Shown: positions 38,972 through 51,975, counted from the first letter of the whole stretch. The stretch: DNA of 63,145 nt, filler included, from Octopus bimaculoides (GCF_001194135.2; 3 parts of 3 records of this genome joined end to end with filler, not necessarily neighbours in it); one strand, 5' to 3'. Made by a program: numbers and translations. The notes: generated from the letters alone by a model not told the origin.

Positions 38972-39769
38972 TATCATTATCATTATTTCTTTTGTTTGCC
39001 ACAAATTGCGGTAGATAAAGGGAAAAAAAATGGGTATCACATACGATGTGGGTAGGAATAAACATGGAATCAAATATGAATTTGTATAATAGAACTGACT
39101 AATATACATTATTAAACGAACGTATATGCCTAGACAGAAAGATAGGATAACGCTTGCCATTGACACATTTATGTTACTGCCTGTACATATTCTAACGCAT
39201 AGGTATCTTCTCTCTCTCTTTCTTTCTTTCTCTCTCCCACCTCGCACTTTCTCTTTCACTATCATTCTTTCTAACTCTCTCCTCTTTTGCAAAGGTACGA
39301 ATATATTTTCGAAACTTACTGTCCATTCATTATATACGAATATATATATACTAAGTATGTATATATATATATATATNNNNNNNNNNNNNNNNNNNNNNNN
39401 NNNNNNNNNNNNNNNNNNNNNNNNNNNNNNNNNNNNNNNNNNNNNNNNNNNNNNNNNNNNNNNNNNNNNNNNNNNNNNNNNNNNNNNNNNNNNNNNNNNN
39501 NNNNNNNNNNNNNNNNNNNNNNNNNNNNNNNNNNNNNNNNNNNNNNNNNNNNNNNNNNNNNNNNNNNNNNNNNNNNNNNNNNNNNNNNNNNNNNNNNNNN
39601 NNNNNNNNNNNNNNNNNNNNNNNNNNNNNNNNNNNNNNNNNNNNNNNNNNNNNNNNNNNNNNNNNNNNNNNNNNNNNNNNNNNNNNNNNNNNNNNNNNNT
39701 ATATATACGTGTATGTGTCCGCGTGGGGATTTCTGTACATGTATGTATATGTTTGTATGCACATGTGCA

Positions 39770-39811
<42 letters not shown>

Positions 39812-41109
39812 GACTAAGCCTGGTGTAATCAAGGAATTCAAGAAATTATTTCAACGTCGCAGTCGAATAAGAAGGAGGTTCCATTTTGTAGTTTCACTAA
39901 TGGCCTCAGTTCAATTTTTCATTTTAACTTTTCTTTAGTTTTCATACCTGCAGCATTCATTGTCTCTTGATTACAAAAGGATGAAATAATAATAAGAATA
40001 TGGTAATGAATATAAAAGAGCCATAGACAATATGAAGTGGCGTGTGATGAGCTAATAGCACTGTAATTAAAGCAGACGAGTTATATCGTGGCCAACTATG
40101 GAATTGTTTACGTGGGTGTTGCTGTTGTTGTCGTTGATGTTGCTGCTGTTGGTTTTAGATATTGCTTGTGGTTGTGTATATAGCTTTGTTGTAGATATTG
40201 TCGTTAATATAGACATTTTTTTTATTACCGTTCTTCTTCTTGCTGTTCTTACTGTTATATGTATTGCCGTTGGTGGTTGACGTTATTGCTGCTAGGGTCA
40301 TTCTTGTTATTGTGTTGTTGTTTATATTGGTAATTTTTGTAGGTTTTCCCAGTGATAGTTATGATAGTGGTATTGTTGTTGTTGTTGTTGTTGTTGGTGG
40401 TGGTGGTGCTATTGCTGCTACTGCTCCTGTTGTTTTTGTTGTTGCTGTTGTACNNNNNNNNNNNNNNNNNNNNNNNNNNNNNNNNNNNNNNNNNNNNNNN
40501 NNNNNNNNNNNNNNNNNNNNNNNNNNNNNNNNNNNNNNNNNNNNNNNNNNNNNNNNNNNNNNNNNNNNNNNNNNNNNNNNNNNNNNNNNNNNNNNNNNNN
40601 NNNNNNNNNNNNNNNNNNNNNNNNNNNNNNNNNNNNNNNNNNNNNNNNNNNNNNNNNNNNNNNNNNNNNNNNNNNNNNNNNNNNNNNNNNNNNNNNNNNN
40701 NNNNNNNNNNNNNNNNNNNNNNNNNNNNNNNNNNNNNNNNNNNNNNNNNNNNNNNNNNNNNNNNNNNNNNNNNNNNNNNNNNNNNNNNNNNNNNNNNNNN
40801 NNNNNNNNNNNNNNNNNNNNNNNNNNNNNNNNNNNNNNNNNNNNNNNNNNNNNNNNNNNNNNNNNNNNNNNNNNNNNNNNNNNNNNNNNNNNNNNNNNNN
40901 NNNNNNNNNNNNNNNNNNNNNNNNNNNNNNNNNNNNNNNNNNNNNNNNNNNNNNNNNNNNNNNNNNNNNNNNNNNNNNNNNNNNNNNNNNNNNNNGTTGC
41001 ACCCAATTTAAGTTTATACTCAGATAATGTCGACATTTAGATTTACCAAATTTCTTTGGAAGAACATCTTATCTCTGATCCTGTTTACGTAGATGTGAGT
41101 AAGCAGCGT

Positions 41110-41385
41110 GATATGACCAGGGGCTACACAGAAATAACTGGAAAGAGGTGTGTGTATAGTATATTATCAACGTATGATTCGTTACTTTGCTATGCAAAGT
41201 TCAAATTCTATCAGTAAAAATTCTTAACAAAATAGGGGATGGTCAAGTCTGGAACAAATGTTTTCTTGATTAGGATATGACCGGGGACTACACCGAAATA
41301 ACAAGTAAAAGGTGTGTGTATACAATATTACCCAAAATGCTTCATTACCTTGCTGTGCAAAGTTGAAATTCCATCTATAAAAGTA
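41110..41385. repeat. ~164-bp tandem repeat (about 1.7 units), third copy at 42900-42993
   Basis: GATATGACC.GGG.CTACAC.GAAATAAC at 41110, 41274 and ~42957. Confidence 0.8.
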
Positions 41386-41396
41386 AAGGAACAATA

Positions 41397-41818
41397 CAAG
41401 GTATGATCAATAAGTATCAATAAGTTGCTATAGTAACGATGCTAAAGCACGCAGCGTGGAGCCGCTTGCCAAAGATTGATCTTGGACTCTGCTGTGCATG
41501 CGCACTAAAGTGCAATAAGCTTTAACGTTCTAGCTCACTTCTGTTGTTTACAGCAGTGCTTGGAAGGAAGTTGTGATAGTTGCATTGACCATGACCGAGA
41601 AAGTTGTCATGGCGTTACCTGCTCAGAGGCCTACGCAAAGTTGCATAAATTGTATGGCGAGGAGTGTATGAGCCATACACAAGTGTACGAGCGGTTCAGA
41701 CATTTCCAAGATGGCTGGAAAAAATGATGATAGTGACGAACGTTCTGGGAGAGCAGCAACCAGCAGAATTTAGACAAACATCGCAAGTATGCGTGCAGCT
41801 ATGAGAGAAAATCGTCGA
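41397..41818 (+). mobile_element. Mariner 5' fragment (TIR-like end plus transposase N-terminal HTH remnant)
   Basis: TA-CAAGGTATGATCAATAAGT resembles a mariner end. From ATG 41591: MTEKV..SEAYAKLHKLYGEECMSHTQVYERFRHFQDG..DERSGRAATS..MRENRR. Confidence 0.8.
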
Positions 41819-41879
41819 AATTATTTATTGAAGTTTTCGATTTAGTTTAGATTCTTTGCCGTCAAAATTGATTATAAAG

Positions 41880-41965
41880 AATTCAAATTTGATTGCAAAG
41901 AATTTCAAATTTGATGGCAAAGAATTCAAATTTGATGGCGAAAAATCCAAACTAGATGGAAAATA
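41880..41965. repeat. ~21-bp tandem repeat (AATTCAAATTTGATGGCAAAG), about 4 units
   Basis: Direct reading. Confidence 0.8.
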
Positions 41966-42419
41966 TCTATAATATAGAATTGGAAGATGGCGGAGAATTT
42001 GCAGTATCAGGAGTTATTTGCGCCAGCTCCTTACATTCTAAGTTCAATTCTCGCTGAGCTCAGCTTTGCATTTCACCCATCCGAATTCCATAAAATGAAG
42101 TCCCCCCTATCCCCAGTCGAGCAAACCTCTGAACAGAAACATTCTAATGCTGACCATTTTCGTTTAATCTTTTCTTTAAGGAATATTAATTTCGAACTAA
42201 ATTATGCGAGTTGGTTTTATTTGAGATAGAATGTTGTTACTAGGGAGAGAGATTTAGCTGTTATTTCTAGCAGTTCAAAGAACGAGGTCGCAGAAGTGTG
42301 ATTTAGAGGGTAATATATACTGCATCCTTTATCGAGGCAGTATGGTGGTATTTAAGGTAGAATTGGCTGTTATATCTAGCAGAACTAGCGACCACATAGA
42401 GCCTTCTCCAGTGGCTGAC

Positions 42420-42441
42420 TACCACCAGCACCAGCACCAGC

Positions 42442-42472
<31 letters not shown>

Positions 42473-42475
42473 CCA

Positions 42476-42530
<55 letters not shown>
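42420..42530. repeat. (CACCAG)/(CAC)/(CTA)n compound microsatellite
   Basis: Direct reading. Confidence 0.97.
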
Positions 42531-42532
<2 letters not shown>

Positions 42533-43020
42533 AACAGCATTACATTTATTACTTCCTGTTTTCTTAGTGTAATAAAACATGAAAGATCGTAAAGTTGGAT
42601 GTTGCTGTTGTCATCATTAGTGTAGTTGTCTATTTAGTTTTTGTTTTTGTTTATTTCATTGTTTAATCATTGGTTTGCCTCTTTGTACTTAGGTACAAAG
42701 CTCGATTTTGTAGCTGTCTATTTTATATCGCGTCTAGAGTGATGATAGGCAAAAGTGGACATCCGGCCTGAATTGAACCCAGAATATAGACGATTTTACT
42801 AAAATGCATGATGTGGATGACAGAACGAGGCAGCTTCTACGTTAGCGTCGAGGTTGATCGGCAGGAAATGGTGGACAAATACCCTTAAAAATCACATCCT
42901 CAAATTCTCAACAACATAGGGAATGGTCAAGTCTGGGTCAAATGTTTTCTCGATTAGGATATGACCGGGAACTACACAGAAATAACTGGCAATGGCCCCT
43001 GCAAAAGGAAATGTAAATGA

Positions 43021-43167
43021 CGCTTCTTTCAGTTTCCGTCTACCAAATCCACTCGCAAGGATTTGGTCGGCCGAGGCTATGGTAGAAGACACTTGCCCTA
43101 GGTGTCACACAGTAGGACTGAACTCGGAGCTATGCGATTAGGAAGCAAGCTTCTTACCACACAGCCA
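43021..43167 (-). mobile_element. SINE family A, 5' part
   Basis: CTTCTTTCAGTTTCCGTCTACCAAATCCACTC..GGACTGAACTCGG..AGCAAGCTTCTTACCACAC. Confidence 0.85.
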
Positions 43168-43877
43168 AGAGGCGTATCATAAATAAGAAGGGTGCCCCTA
43201 TGAATCCAATAGAGTTGCTAGAAAAACTTCACCAAATCTCTGAAAAATTGCACGTTGCTGTCTTCAAAAAAGAAAGAAATATTACATAATGTATTCCTAG
43301 ATACATAATGCCAGAGAGAAAAAACGTTATGTTTATGTTGACAATGATTTTGTTCTTGAGTTTGCTCAGTCATGGGTGATCATCGTCTTAAGCCGCAACG
43401 ATAGCTTCAAAGCATTTTGTTCAGTGCTTTTCTAGATCAGTGCTTTTCCCGATTGGCTTTGCAGGTAAGGGTACGATCGTTTACGAAGTTCCAACTACTT
43501 ACATGTAATATAAAGGGAGGTAACTTGAGTACTAAGCAATATTTTGTCTAGCGATTTACCATCGCCGATGGATATAAAAGATAATTATAGTATTTCAAAA
43601 TGTTACAAAATATATACAAAAAGGGGGAAAAAACATACAAACGTTCAAATAGCCATCATCTTGATTGTTCTTTACCGAATTTGTTACACTAACTCAAGCT
43701 AGTACAATTAAATAATAACAAAGAAACACCAATACATACATACATATATACATACATACATGAATTATGTGTATGTGTATTCGTATATATATTTATATGC
43801 ATACACACATGCACACACACACACACACCTACATAGATACATATATATATATATATATACATACATACGTACACACA

Positions 43878-43968
<91 letters not shown>

Positions 43969-45015
43969 AAGTAAAGAAGTAAAATACGGTTAATCCACCT
44001 CTAAAGCAGGGATTAAATATCATAAATGATAATCATAACGNNNNNNNNNNAAGTAAAGAAGTAAAATACGGTTAATCCACCTCTAAAGCAGGGATTAAAT
44101 ATCATAAATGATAATCATAACGACACTAATTATAAGAGTGTAGAGGAAGCACAAGATTAGTGTGTATTTGTTTTTTTTTTTTTTTTTGTGAATCTGCAAC
44201 AAGGCTGGATTATTTTCGTCGACTGTAAATAAAACAAAATATAACGATAATGAAAAGAAAAAGATTAAAAAATTTATGAACAGGAGGAAATGAGATGCTT
44301 AATGAGAGGTTTAGGCTGAGGAGACGAAATTCATTTAATCATGTAAATTAAAAGGTGAATAGACAGACATGCAAACGAGCTGATGGTACTCATATATACA
44401 TATATACACACAACCAGACACTCATTCTCCCCCCCCACTCTGTCTCTTTCTCTCACTCTTCCTTTTCAGCCATGAGATTTTAGATGTCCGATCAATTGAA
44501 ATACCAAAGCTTATTGAATTAGACTGTAAGTGGCAGAGTACTCTGCAGATACAATCACTCTTAATGTAATTCTCAAGCGACATCAGAGTGAGATAGTGTG
44601 AGACTCAGGTAGACCAACGAATTTCCACAAGGAATAGATCGACACATGATTACAATAAAAGACATTTACCTAATATACTTCTAATATACACGGATTTAGG
44701 TGTACATACATGTAATATCAATGTGTGTATATATATGTATAAATTCAACTTTATGATGAAAGTAAACAAACAAAGTTTGTTTTTTTAGAAGATACAGAAA
44801 TATATTTATTTCTCAAACGCGTGATAATGCTATGTATAGGGTGATCAGGATAAATTATCCCTATAATGCAGAAAAATACGTTGCCGGCCAACCATGAGAC
44901 TCGAACTCACATCTCTGTGATTACATGTCAAAATATATAATAGTAAGCAATCAGCGTATATTGACGAGAGGAAATAGCCAAATGTTAGTGTATAATACAC
45001 GACGGAAGAGTATGC

Positions 45016-45069
45016 GTTGGAATCGAACCCAACCCTCTTATTTTGGAGATAAGTGTGCTGCGATAAGCA
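45016..45069 (-). pseudogene. tRNA-Trp-like remnant (D, anticodon and T arms; no acceptor stem)
   Basis: Minus strand UGCU-uaucgc-AGCA, CUUAU-CUCCAAA-AUAAG, GUUGG-g-UUCGAUU-CCAAC. Confidence 0.35.
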
Positions 45070-45232
45070 TAGGAAAATAAGAGCTGTGGTTTCGACTCAC
45101 GCGCGTTATAATGCCAATTTTACTGTCGCGACTTTACGTGCCCAAATATTTCATTATTTTCTATAGTCAATATACAGTGAATGCATGTAGTTATGTTTAC
45201 AAAAGTTTCACTTGTCACCCCTTCTTCACTTA

Positions 45233-45277
<45 letters not shown>

Positions 45278-45308
45278 TTACCAGGAAATGCTGGGCAGCA
45301 AGACTAGT

Positions 45309-45342
<34 letters not shown>

Positions 45343-45399
45343 TCCTTATATATACATATTAAAAGTTAATAGAGAAGCCTGAGTGGACCAAAAAGCAAT

Positions 45400-45610
45400 T
45401 TATTCTTTTCTGCTCTAGGCACAAAATTTTGGGGGGATGGGGCCAGTCGATAAGATTGACTCCAGTACGCAACTGGTACTTAATTTATCGATCGAGAAAA
45501 GGATGAAAGGTAAATTTGTCCTCGGCGGAATTTGAACTCAGAACGTAAAGACAGACGAAATACCGCTAAGTATTTCACCCAGCGTGCTAACGTTTCTGCC
45601 AGCTCACTGC
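45400..45610 (-). mobile_element. SINE family B
   Basis: Near full-length reverse-complement match. Confidence 0.85.
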
Positions 45611-48447
45611 AATTTATTATCGCAACAATTGTTTCATCTTCATGATTCACTGCTCCATAGTAGGCGTGGAACAGTGCTGTAACACCAGATGTAACACACA
45701 GTGCAAAGAAATCACTTCAGGTGATATAATATGTTTTTTAAGTGCGAAGATTTCCTTTTCAGTTTCGCTGTATTGAGAGATCTTATCAGTTCGGTTGGAT
45801 ATGTTCAAAATGAACTTCTTTGCTTGGAACTATTCAGATGATGGTAATCTGTTTAATGCTTGAAAAGAATAGTGAATATGAATGCATTGTTTGAAAGGTT
45901 ATTGATAATGGTTTCCACGTTAAAGAAGAAAGCAAAGTGTACCTCAGAGAGGTTTGAAGGAGAACACTTTTTATGACATTTCTGTAGACCTGTCTTACTT
46001 TAAGAAAACGTTAATATTTTCATTCATTATTACCCAGCTTAAAGCCACTTACTGCTGGCCATGTTCAAATACTGGTTTCTCAAGATAACCTTAAGACATT
46101 CTGCATGATTTGTTCTTGTGATTTTTATACAGTCAGTGCAAAACATGACTTTATCGGGAACTGGATCTGCTGAACATGTACATCTTCAGCTATTATGCAT
46201 TGAGCTTGATTCTAGAAATCATGATAATATCATTATTGAATACACCACTAAAGGCTTCGCAGATTCCACGATAAATAAAATTGTAGGTTCACTTAGTTTG
46301 ATATCATTAATGTTTCTTAATTATGTGATGTTATAACTCGTTTGTTCATAATTTCACGTGGGTTAAGAAAAGTAGGCCAGAGATTGTTGACGTCATTATG
46401 GTTGTATATGACGGAACAAAATTACATCTTCTTTAAAAAACCTAGATCCTAGATTTTTTATATGAACAAATTCCTGAAGTTACAAGAAGTATTTATAGAA
46501 ACGATGGATTATTAATATCGAATATAAGTGCTACATGGGTAGATAAATTTTGGAAACATCTAATTATGCTGTTTAGCTAATTGGAATTACATAATACTTC
46601 GGACAGTTATCACGCGAATTTATCATGCTAATTTTTTAAACCCTATCCTGATCTCGATACGGATATGTTTAGACCATAGCTTTCAGTTAACTGCAATTGT
46701 GGCACATAAATTACAATCCTAATCACATAACTAGTAATGTATAACCTAGCATTAGTTAATGTATTTAAATGTTGATGAATATGTTGAATAATTACGGTGC
46801 ATTCAACCTACAAATATGGAGGAATGTGGTTTCATCTATATTTTCAAATGGAACCACTTCAGAACTGTCTATTATGAATGTGACACTGCCTCTAGAAGAG
46901 TGGATTCTCTGAAAAGATACAATATCTGAAATCTCGAAACTCAAGAGGAGTACATTTCTGAGGTATAACTCTGTGTTCTGTTTACCCGAGAAAGTTAACA
47001 AGGCAAAAATATTTCTTGGTTTGATGTTATTATGTTTCCAATTTAACCACAAATGAGACCAATTCTTCAACAGGAATTATATTAAAGTAAACTATTCTGC
47101 GTGTAAATCATCGCTAGTTCTTTCAGAAGCTGGATTGTTAACCGGCTTTTCGACTTAGTTAATTCTGCACTCAACTGTAATTAAATCAAATGAAAAAAAT
47201 ATATCCTTTGATGGAAATACACTGGTAGAATCATTAATATGCATACTTAAAAATATGTAAGTTTTTGAGAGGATTTATTTAGCTAAATTTTTTAAAGTGT
47301 ATTTATCAACAGAGATACTCTTTTCCTACGTCAGGAAGGAAGTATGTAAATTTGTCGAAATATATTTGGTTTCTGAGATAGAAAATCCTGCGTATACATT
47401 CAGTATAACTTGTTAATTTTGTCAGAGGCAGCCCTTCCGGTTGCCTAGGAATTTCCATCTGGAAGATTTGCCGTCAGCTGTGTTATGGAAAAGTCGTTCA
47501 TTCTGTATCGGGATTCCTGCAGGAAGAACATAAAATCACAACTTTTGTTGTTATGCACGCACGTCCTTAAATGCTCTCTGACCTATTATAAGGCTGCCTC
47601 AGTCTATAATGCCATAAATATGGTTTATTCTTTTTTTTTTTTTTTTTTTTTTTTGCTTTAAGCAAACTTATTCTTTTGCTCACATATTTACATATACGTC
47701 TATCCTTTACAATCTTTTCGCACTGTTTCTCGGTTTTGTTTACAATCTAATCGCTCAACAATCTGATCGAACTCATACTTCATTCAATAATTTTTATAGC
47801 CCCCTTACATGTATTTTCCACACGCTTTCTCATTGCATGATATTTCATAAAAGCCTGTTTACAATTTATAGTTAACGCCTTTGCACGATTTACATTCTTA
47901 ATATGGCTTTAATATGCTTTATTTAATATGCATGATTCATTCTATAAATTTTATGGATCACGCAGCCTTTCGCCTTATATGCGCATATTTCTGCACGCAT
48001 TTATTACTTTAACATTTCTCCCTCCCACCCAGCCATCGTATTCAACCCCAGCAACAGTCTGTCTGAATCTTTATTTTCGTGGATTTCTGTTCGGATTTGG
48101 CTCATCAGCGAAGGAAGTCTCAAGATTTTCAGCGCCTAATCAAAATCTATCAATTTTTAATACATTTTGCTTGAATCTAAGATACACACGCATGCGCGCG
48201 TGCACACATGCACAAATGCACACACACAGATGCACGTATAAACTCACGCAAACGCCAGTGGTAGCTTATAATGGGTTGTTATTGATCTTGACTCCATTAA
48301 GTGAGAGGTAAAGTAAGTGATACTACATGAGTATTGAGGAGTTAGGACTTCAGACATTATAAATAATATAAACATCACAAGCGAACACACAGGCACACAC
48401 TTATGCATACGCGTACACACATATACTCATTTACAGAACGCATATTA

Positions 48448-48498
<51 letters not shown>

Positions 48499-48569
48499 AA
48501 ATAGATATAATATGCATTCTTTAATTGCGTGTATATATAAATATATATACATATTTATATAAATGTGTG

Positions 48570-48617
<48 letters not shown>

Positions 48618-48719
48618 GCATTTACAGTATGCATATTATGTGTAGCTATAGAATGCTTATTATGTATGTCTATGTGAGTGTATGTATATATATGTGTTGT
48701 TGTATATATATATAAAGAG

Positions 48720-48731
48720 AGAGGAAGAAAT

Positions 48732-48806
<75 letters not shown>

Positions 48807-48855
48807 TAAATTTATGCTTGTATGTATGTATGTATGTATGTATGTATGTATGTAT
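48720..48855. repeat. (GA)/(GACA)/(GTAT)n compound microsatellite
   Basis: Direct reading; (CTAT)n also at 48448-48497. Confidence 0.97.
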
Positions 48856-49983
48856 ATCCGGTTCCTTGGATATCAAAAATATCAAAAAGAATATCGTATA
48901 CCAAGAGTCGGTGGTTTTGCCGACGATTCGCACAGACAATGCTACGCAACACGATACCTCCAAGACAATAAATATGGATTTGAAACAAGCACAGAATTTC
49001 TAAATGGGAGAATAGAGTAATTTGAAATTCTATTGGATTTGTTAAACATTTCATATATACTCTGTCATGTTAGCAAATAAGAAAGAAACAAAAAGAGAAA
49101 GAGAAAAACAGTTTATTTTTTTTTAGAATATTTTAAATATCTTTCCGTAATATCCAAAATACTTGGAATTTTTCGTACATTTTCCAACACTTGCTCAAGC
49201 ATTTGTCACATTCTTGAACTTTTAAATATTTGCTATTTTGTGGTCAACAAAATTTCCTTTTGAAATGAGTCACATAAATACAGAAACACACATACTCCCA
49301 CTCAAACATACGCACACATAATTGATTAAGCCAGTTAGAACGCTTAATTAAAGTATAATCAAATCATACACACTAACAATATATATATTTACTGTATCTG
49401 TACACAATATAGCAACTTTATTTTATATACTTTTGACCTAGGTGCCTTAAAACATCACCTGCTCCATTATAAACTGGTCTGCTAGTAGAGAAACCCCCAC
49501 CTATAGTAGTTTGTCACTAAACCCAAAGAAATTTTATAACTATATCATCTATGTTTACTGTCTATACTGTTTACCCCTTTCCCTTTCCCTCCAAAGAAAA
49601 TGCTAGTGCCCTCTTAAGCATTGAATCACTAGGTCTGATAAGATGATCCATAAATCAGAAAAAAGAAAAAAATCAGTGACAGTTAAAAATCTGCTTAGAA
49701 TTATTTACTAGCCTGTATGGTCTGGCTAAGTCAAAATGTTTTTTTGTATTCTTCCTTTCTACTTGGAGATTTTAAATGTAGTTATGAAAATATGTCCTTC
49801 TGTTGAAATGTAATTTCAGTAAATTTCTGTATTTTTGTGCAGCTGAGGATTGCTCTGCATTTTACATTTGATGTAATGTTCCCATTGCTTAAATAAATGG
49901 AGTTGCATGTAACGATCGTACTGCATTAACTTTGGATTTCCTTGTTCCTTATTTTGATATATATATATATATATATATATATA

Positions 49984-50475
49984 CAGGATTATTCAAAAAG
50001 AACGGACCGATTTCATTACGCAATATTTTAATAAGGTAAAGCAATAGAAAACTCCAGCTAAGTCACAAGTATTTACTCACAATCAACTTTTATTTCCTGG
50101 CTTACAAGTGTTCAATGTGGCCACCACCTGAAGCACGGGCAACATCAATGCGACAAGAGAATTCCTCCCTTGCTCTTTGTGCTTGGCCTTGCGAGATCCC
50201 CAGACATCACCGTGTGTGATTTCCTTTTCTGAGGATATGTAAAAGATAGCGTTTATGTTCCACCGTTACCCACTAACCTCGAATAACCTCGAATAACATC
50301 GAATAACAACAGCTATCAACCGTGTTGCAGATGGTGGGCACATTTGAACGCTTGTAAGACTGGAGATAAAAGTTGATTGTGAGTAAATACATGTGACTTA
50401 GCTGGAGTTTTCTATTGCTTTTCCTTATTAAAATATTGCGTAATGAAATCGGTTCATTCTTTTTAAATAACCATG
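49984..50475 (+). mobile_element. Non-autonomous Tc1/mariner element with ~155-bp TIRs and transposase C-terminal remnant
   Basis: TIRs 49984-50138 and 50320-50475 (~90% by my count), TA on both sides. Interior encodes WP.RSPDIT.CDF.F*GYVKDSVYVPPLPTNL and ends RVADGGHIERL*. Confidence 0.9.
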
Positions 50476-50649
50476 TATCTATCCATCTATCTATCTATAT
50501 ATATATATATGTATATATATATNNNNNNNNNNNNNNNNNNNNNNNNNNNNNNNNNNNNNNNNNNNNTTAATTAATTAANNNNNNNNNNNNNNNNNNNNNN
50601 NNNNNNNNNNNNNNNNNNNNNNCTATATCTATATCTATATATATATATA

Positions 50650-51290
50650 CTGTAATACCTCACTGTACGAGACCTTGGGTTTACAAGTTTTATTTTATAA
50701 TAATAATAACAACACTGGTTCTGACACTTCTACACAGCTGCATATAGCAATGGAGTAAAACGATGGAATAAAATTTCATTGTCTTAGGACACTATGAATG
50801 AAACACTAGTTAATGCATTCACATTGAAAGGACTCACAGAAGCATTCCAACATTTGGATAAAGCCTAGGAAATTTTTCAAACACAAGATCCAAATTTTGA
50901 ACGGAGGGCAAAAGTTTCTACCACTGTAACAAATGCTTCTGTGTGTTACTAAGAAATTTATAAAGGGTGTAAAAAGCTTCTTCTAAGCAAACGACTCTAT
51001 ACTCGTTTTTTAGAAAGAAATCTACAAGTCCATCTATGAGTGCTTGTGAATCAGTGATTGTGTCTACAAGTGATACTGTGTACAAGTTTAGTGCGAGTGA
51101 AAGTGATTTAGGAAACAATTATAATAAAGATTTTTTTTATAAATGATTTTGACATTCTTTTTACTTTACATAAAATATTCTTTACATTCTACTGCTGTTT
51201 TATTGTCATATATTAACAAATATTATAAATTTTATATTTAAAATATTTTTCTGGGAACAAATTACGATTTATAACATTACTACTATTATT
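50650..51290 (+). mobile_element. Internally deleted Tigger/pogo element (transposase C-terminus)
   Basis: TA-CTGTAATACCTCAC Tigger-like end at ~50650. 50818-51035 reads FTLKGLTEAFQHLDKA*EIFQTQDPNFERRAKVSTTVTNASVCY*EIY..KQTTLYSFFRK, typical of a Tigger1-like C-terminus. Confidence 0.7.
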
Positions 51291-51574
51291 GCTCTGCTTT
51301 ACAAGTTTTCGTTTCATGAGCAGTCACCGGGAACGAAATGACTTATATATCAAGGCATTACTGTATGTCTATACATACACACATACACAGTGCAAAGCCC
51401 TAACAGTCATGGATAATGTTATCAAATGGTTCTTGTTATCTAAAATGCTCCACCCCCAAGTAACCCCAATAAGTGGCTACTATTGTATTATTCTAACCCT
51501 CAAAAGCAGTGGATAGGCAGAATCAGTAGAATTATGAAAGCACCTGGCAATATTTAGCAGCATAGGTTTTAAAG

Positions 51575-51700
51575 CAGTGGTTCTCAACCTTTTTCACCTT
51601 CAGGCCCACTTTTTATGATTAAAAAATCCCAAGCCCATTGACCCCCTAAACTAGTTATCCAACCCTCTTCCGAAATATAAACCCCATAAAGTAGTAATTA
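51575..51700 (+). mobile_element. hAT-like element left end
   Basis: CAGTGGTTCTCAACCT matches a common hAT terminal motif; right TIR not found in the window. Confidence 0.45.
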
Positions 51701-51704
51701 TTTC

Positions 51705-51975
51705 TGTGGTATGACGTCAGTGACTGGGGAGGCTGACCGGAAGAGGAAAAAGGGCAGAGGGAGCCTCGATCGGGATTCGTGCCCTTTTCAAACGGGGTTG
51801 TGGTCAGGAGAAGACGTGCTAAGCGACGGTCTAGGTTTGGGAGAAGCAGCTGCTATTCCTAGTGTTCTTTGGGTCGGGGCAAGCTTCAAGGATTGGATAC
51901 CGCAAGACAGACTCGCAGTCGATGAAAGGAAAACCGAGGTAAGGCAATTACATCTACTCGCACGCATACACCACA
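51705..51975 (+). repeat. 5' LTR
   Basis: TG...CA, 6-bp terminal inverted repeat TGTGGT/ACCACA, near-identical to 55336-55606. Confidence 0.95.

Noticed and set aside
43969-44122. Identical ~72-bp duplication on both sides of a 10-N gap
   Set aside because: Perfect copy across a minimal gap indicates unmerged contig overlap.
50523-50622. Second TTAATTAATTAA island inside an N gap
   Set aside because: Identical 44+12+44 layout; assembly linker.
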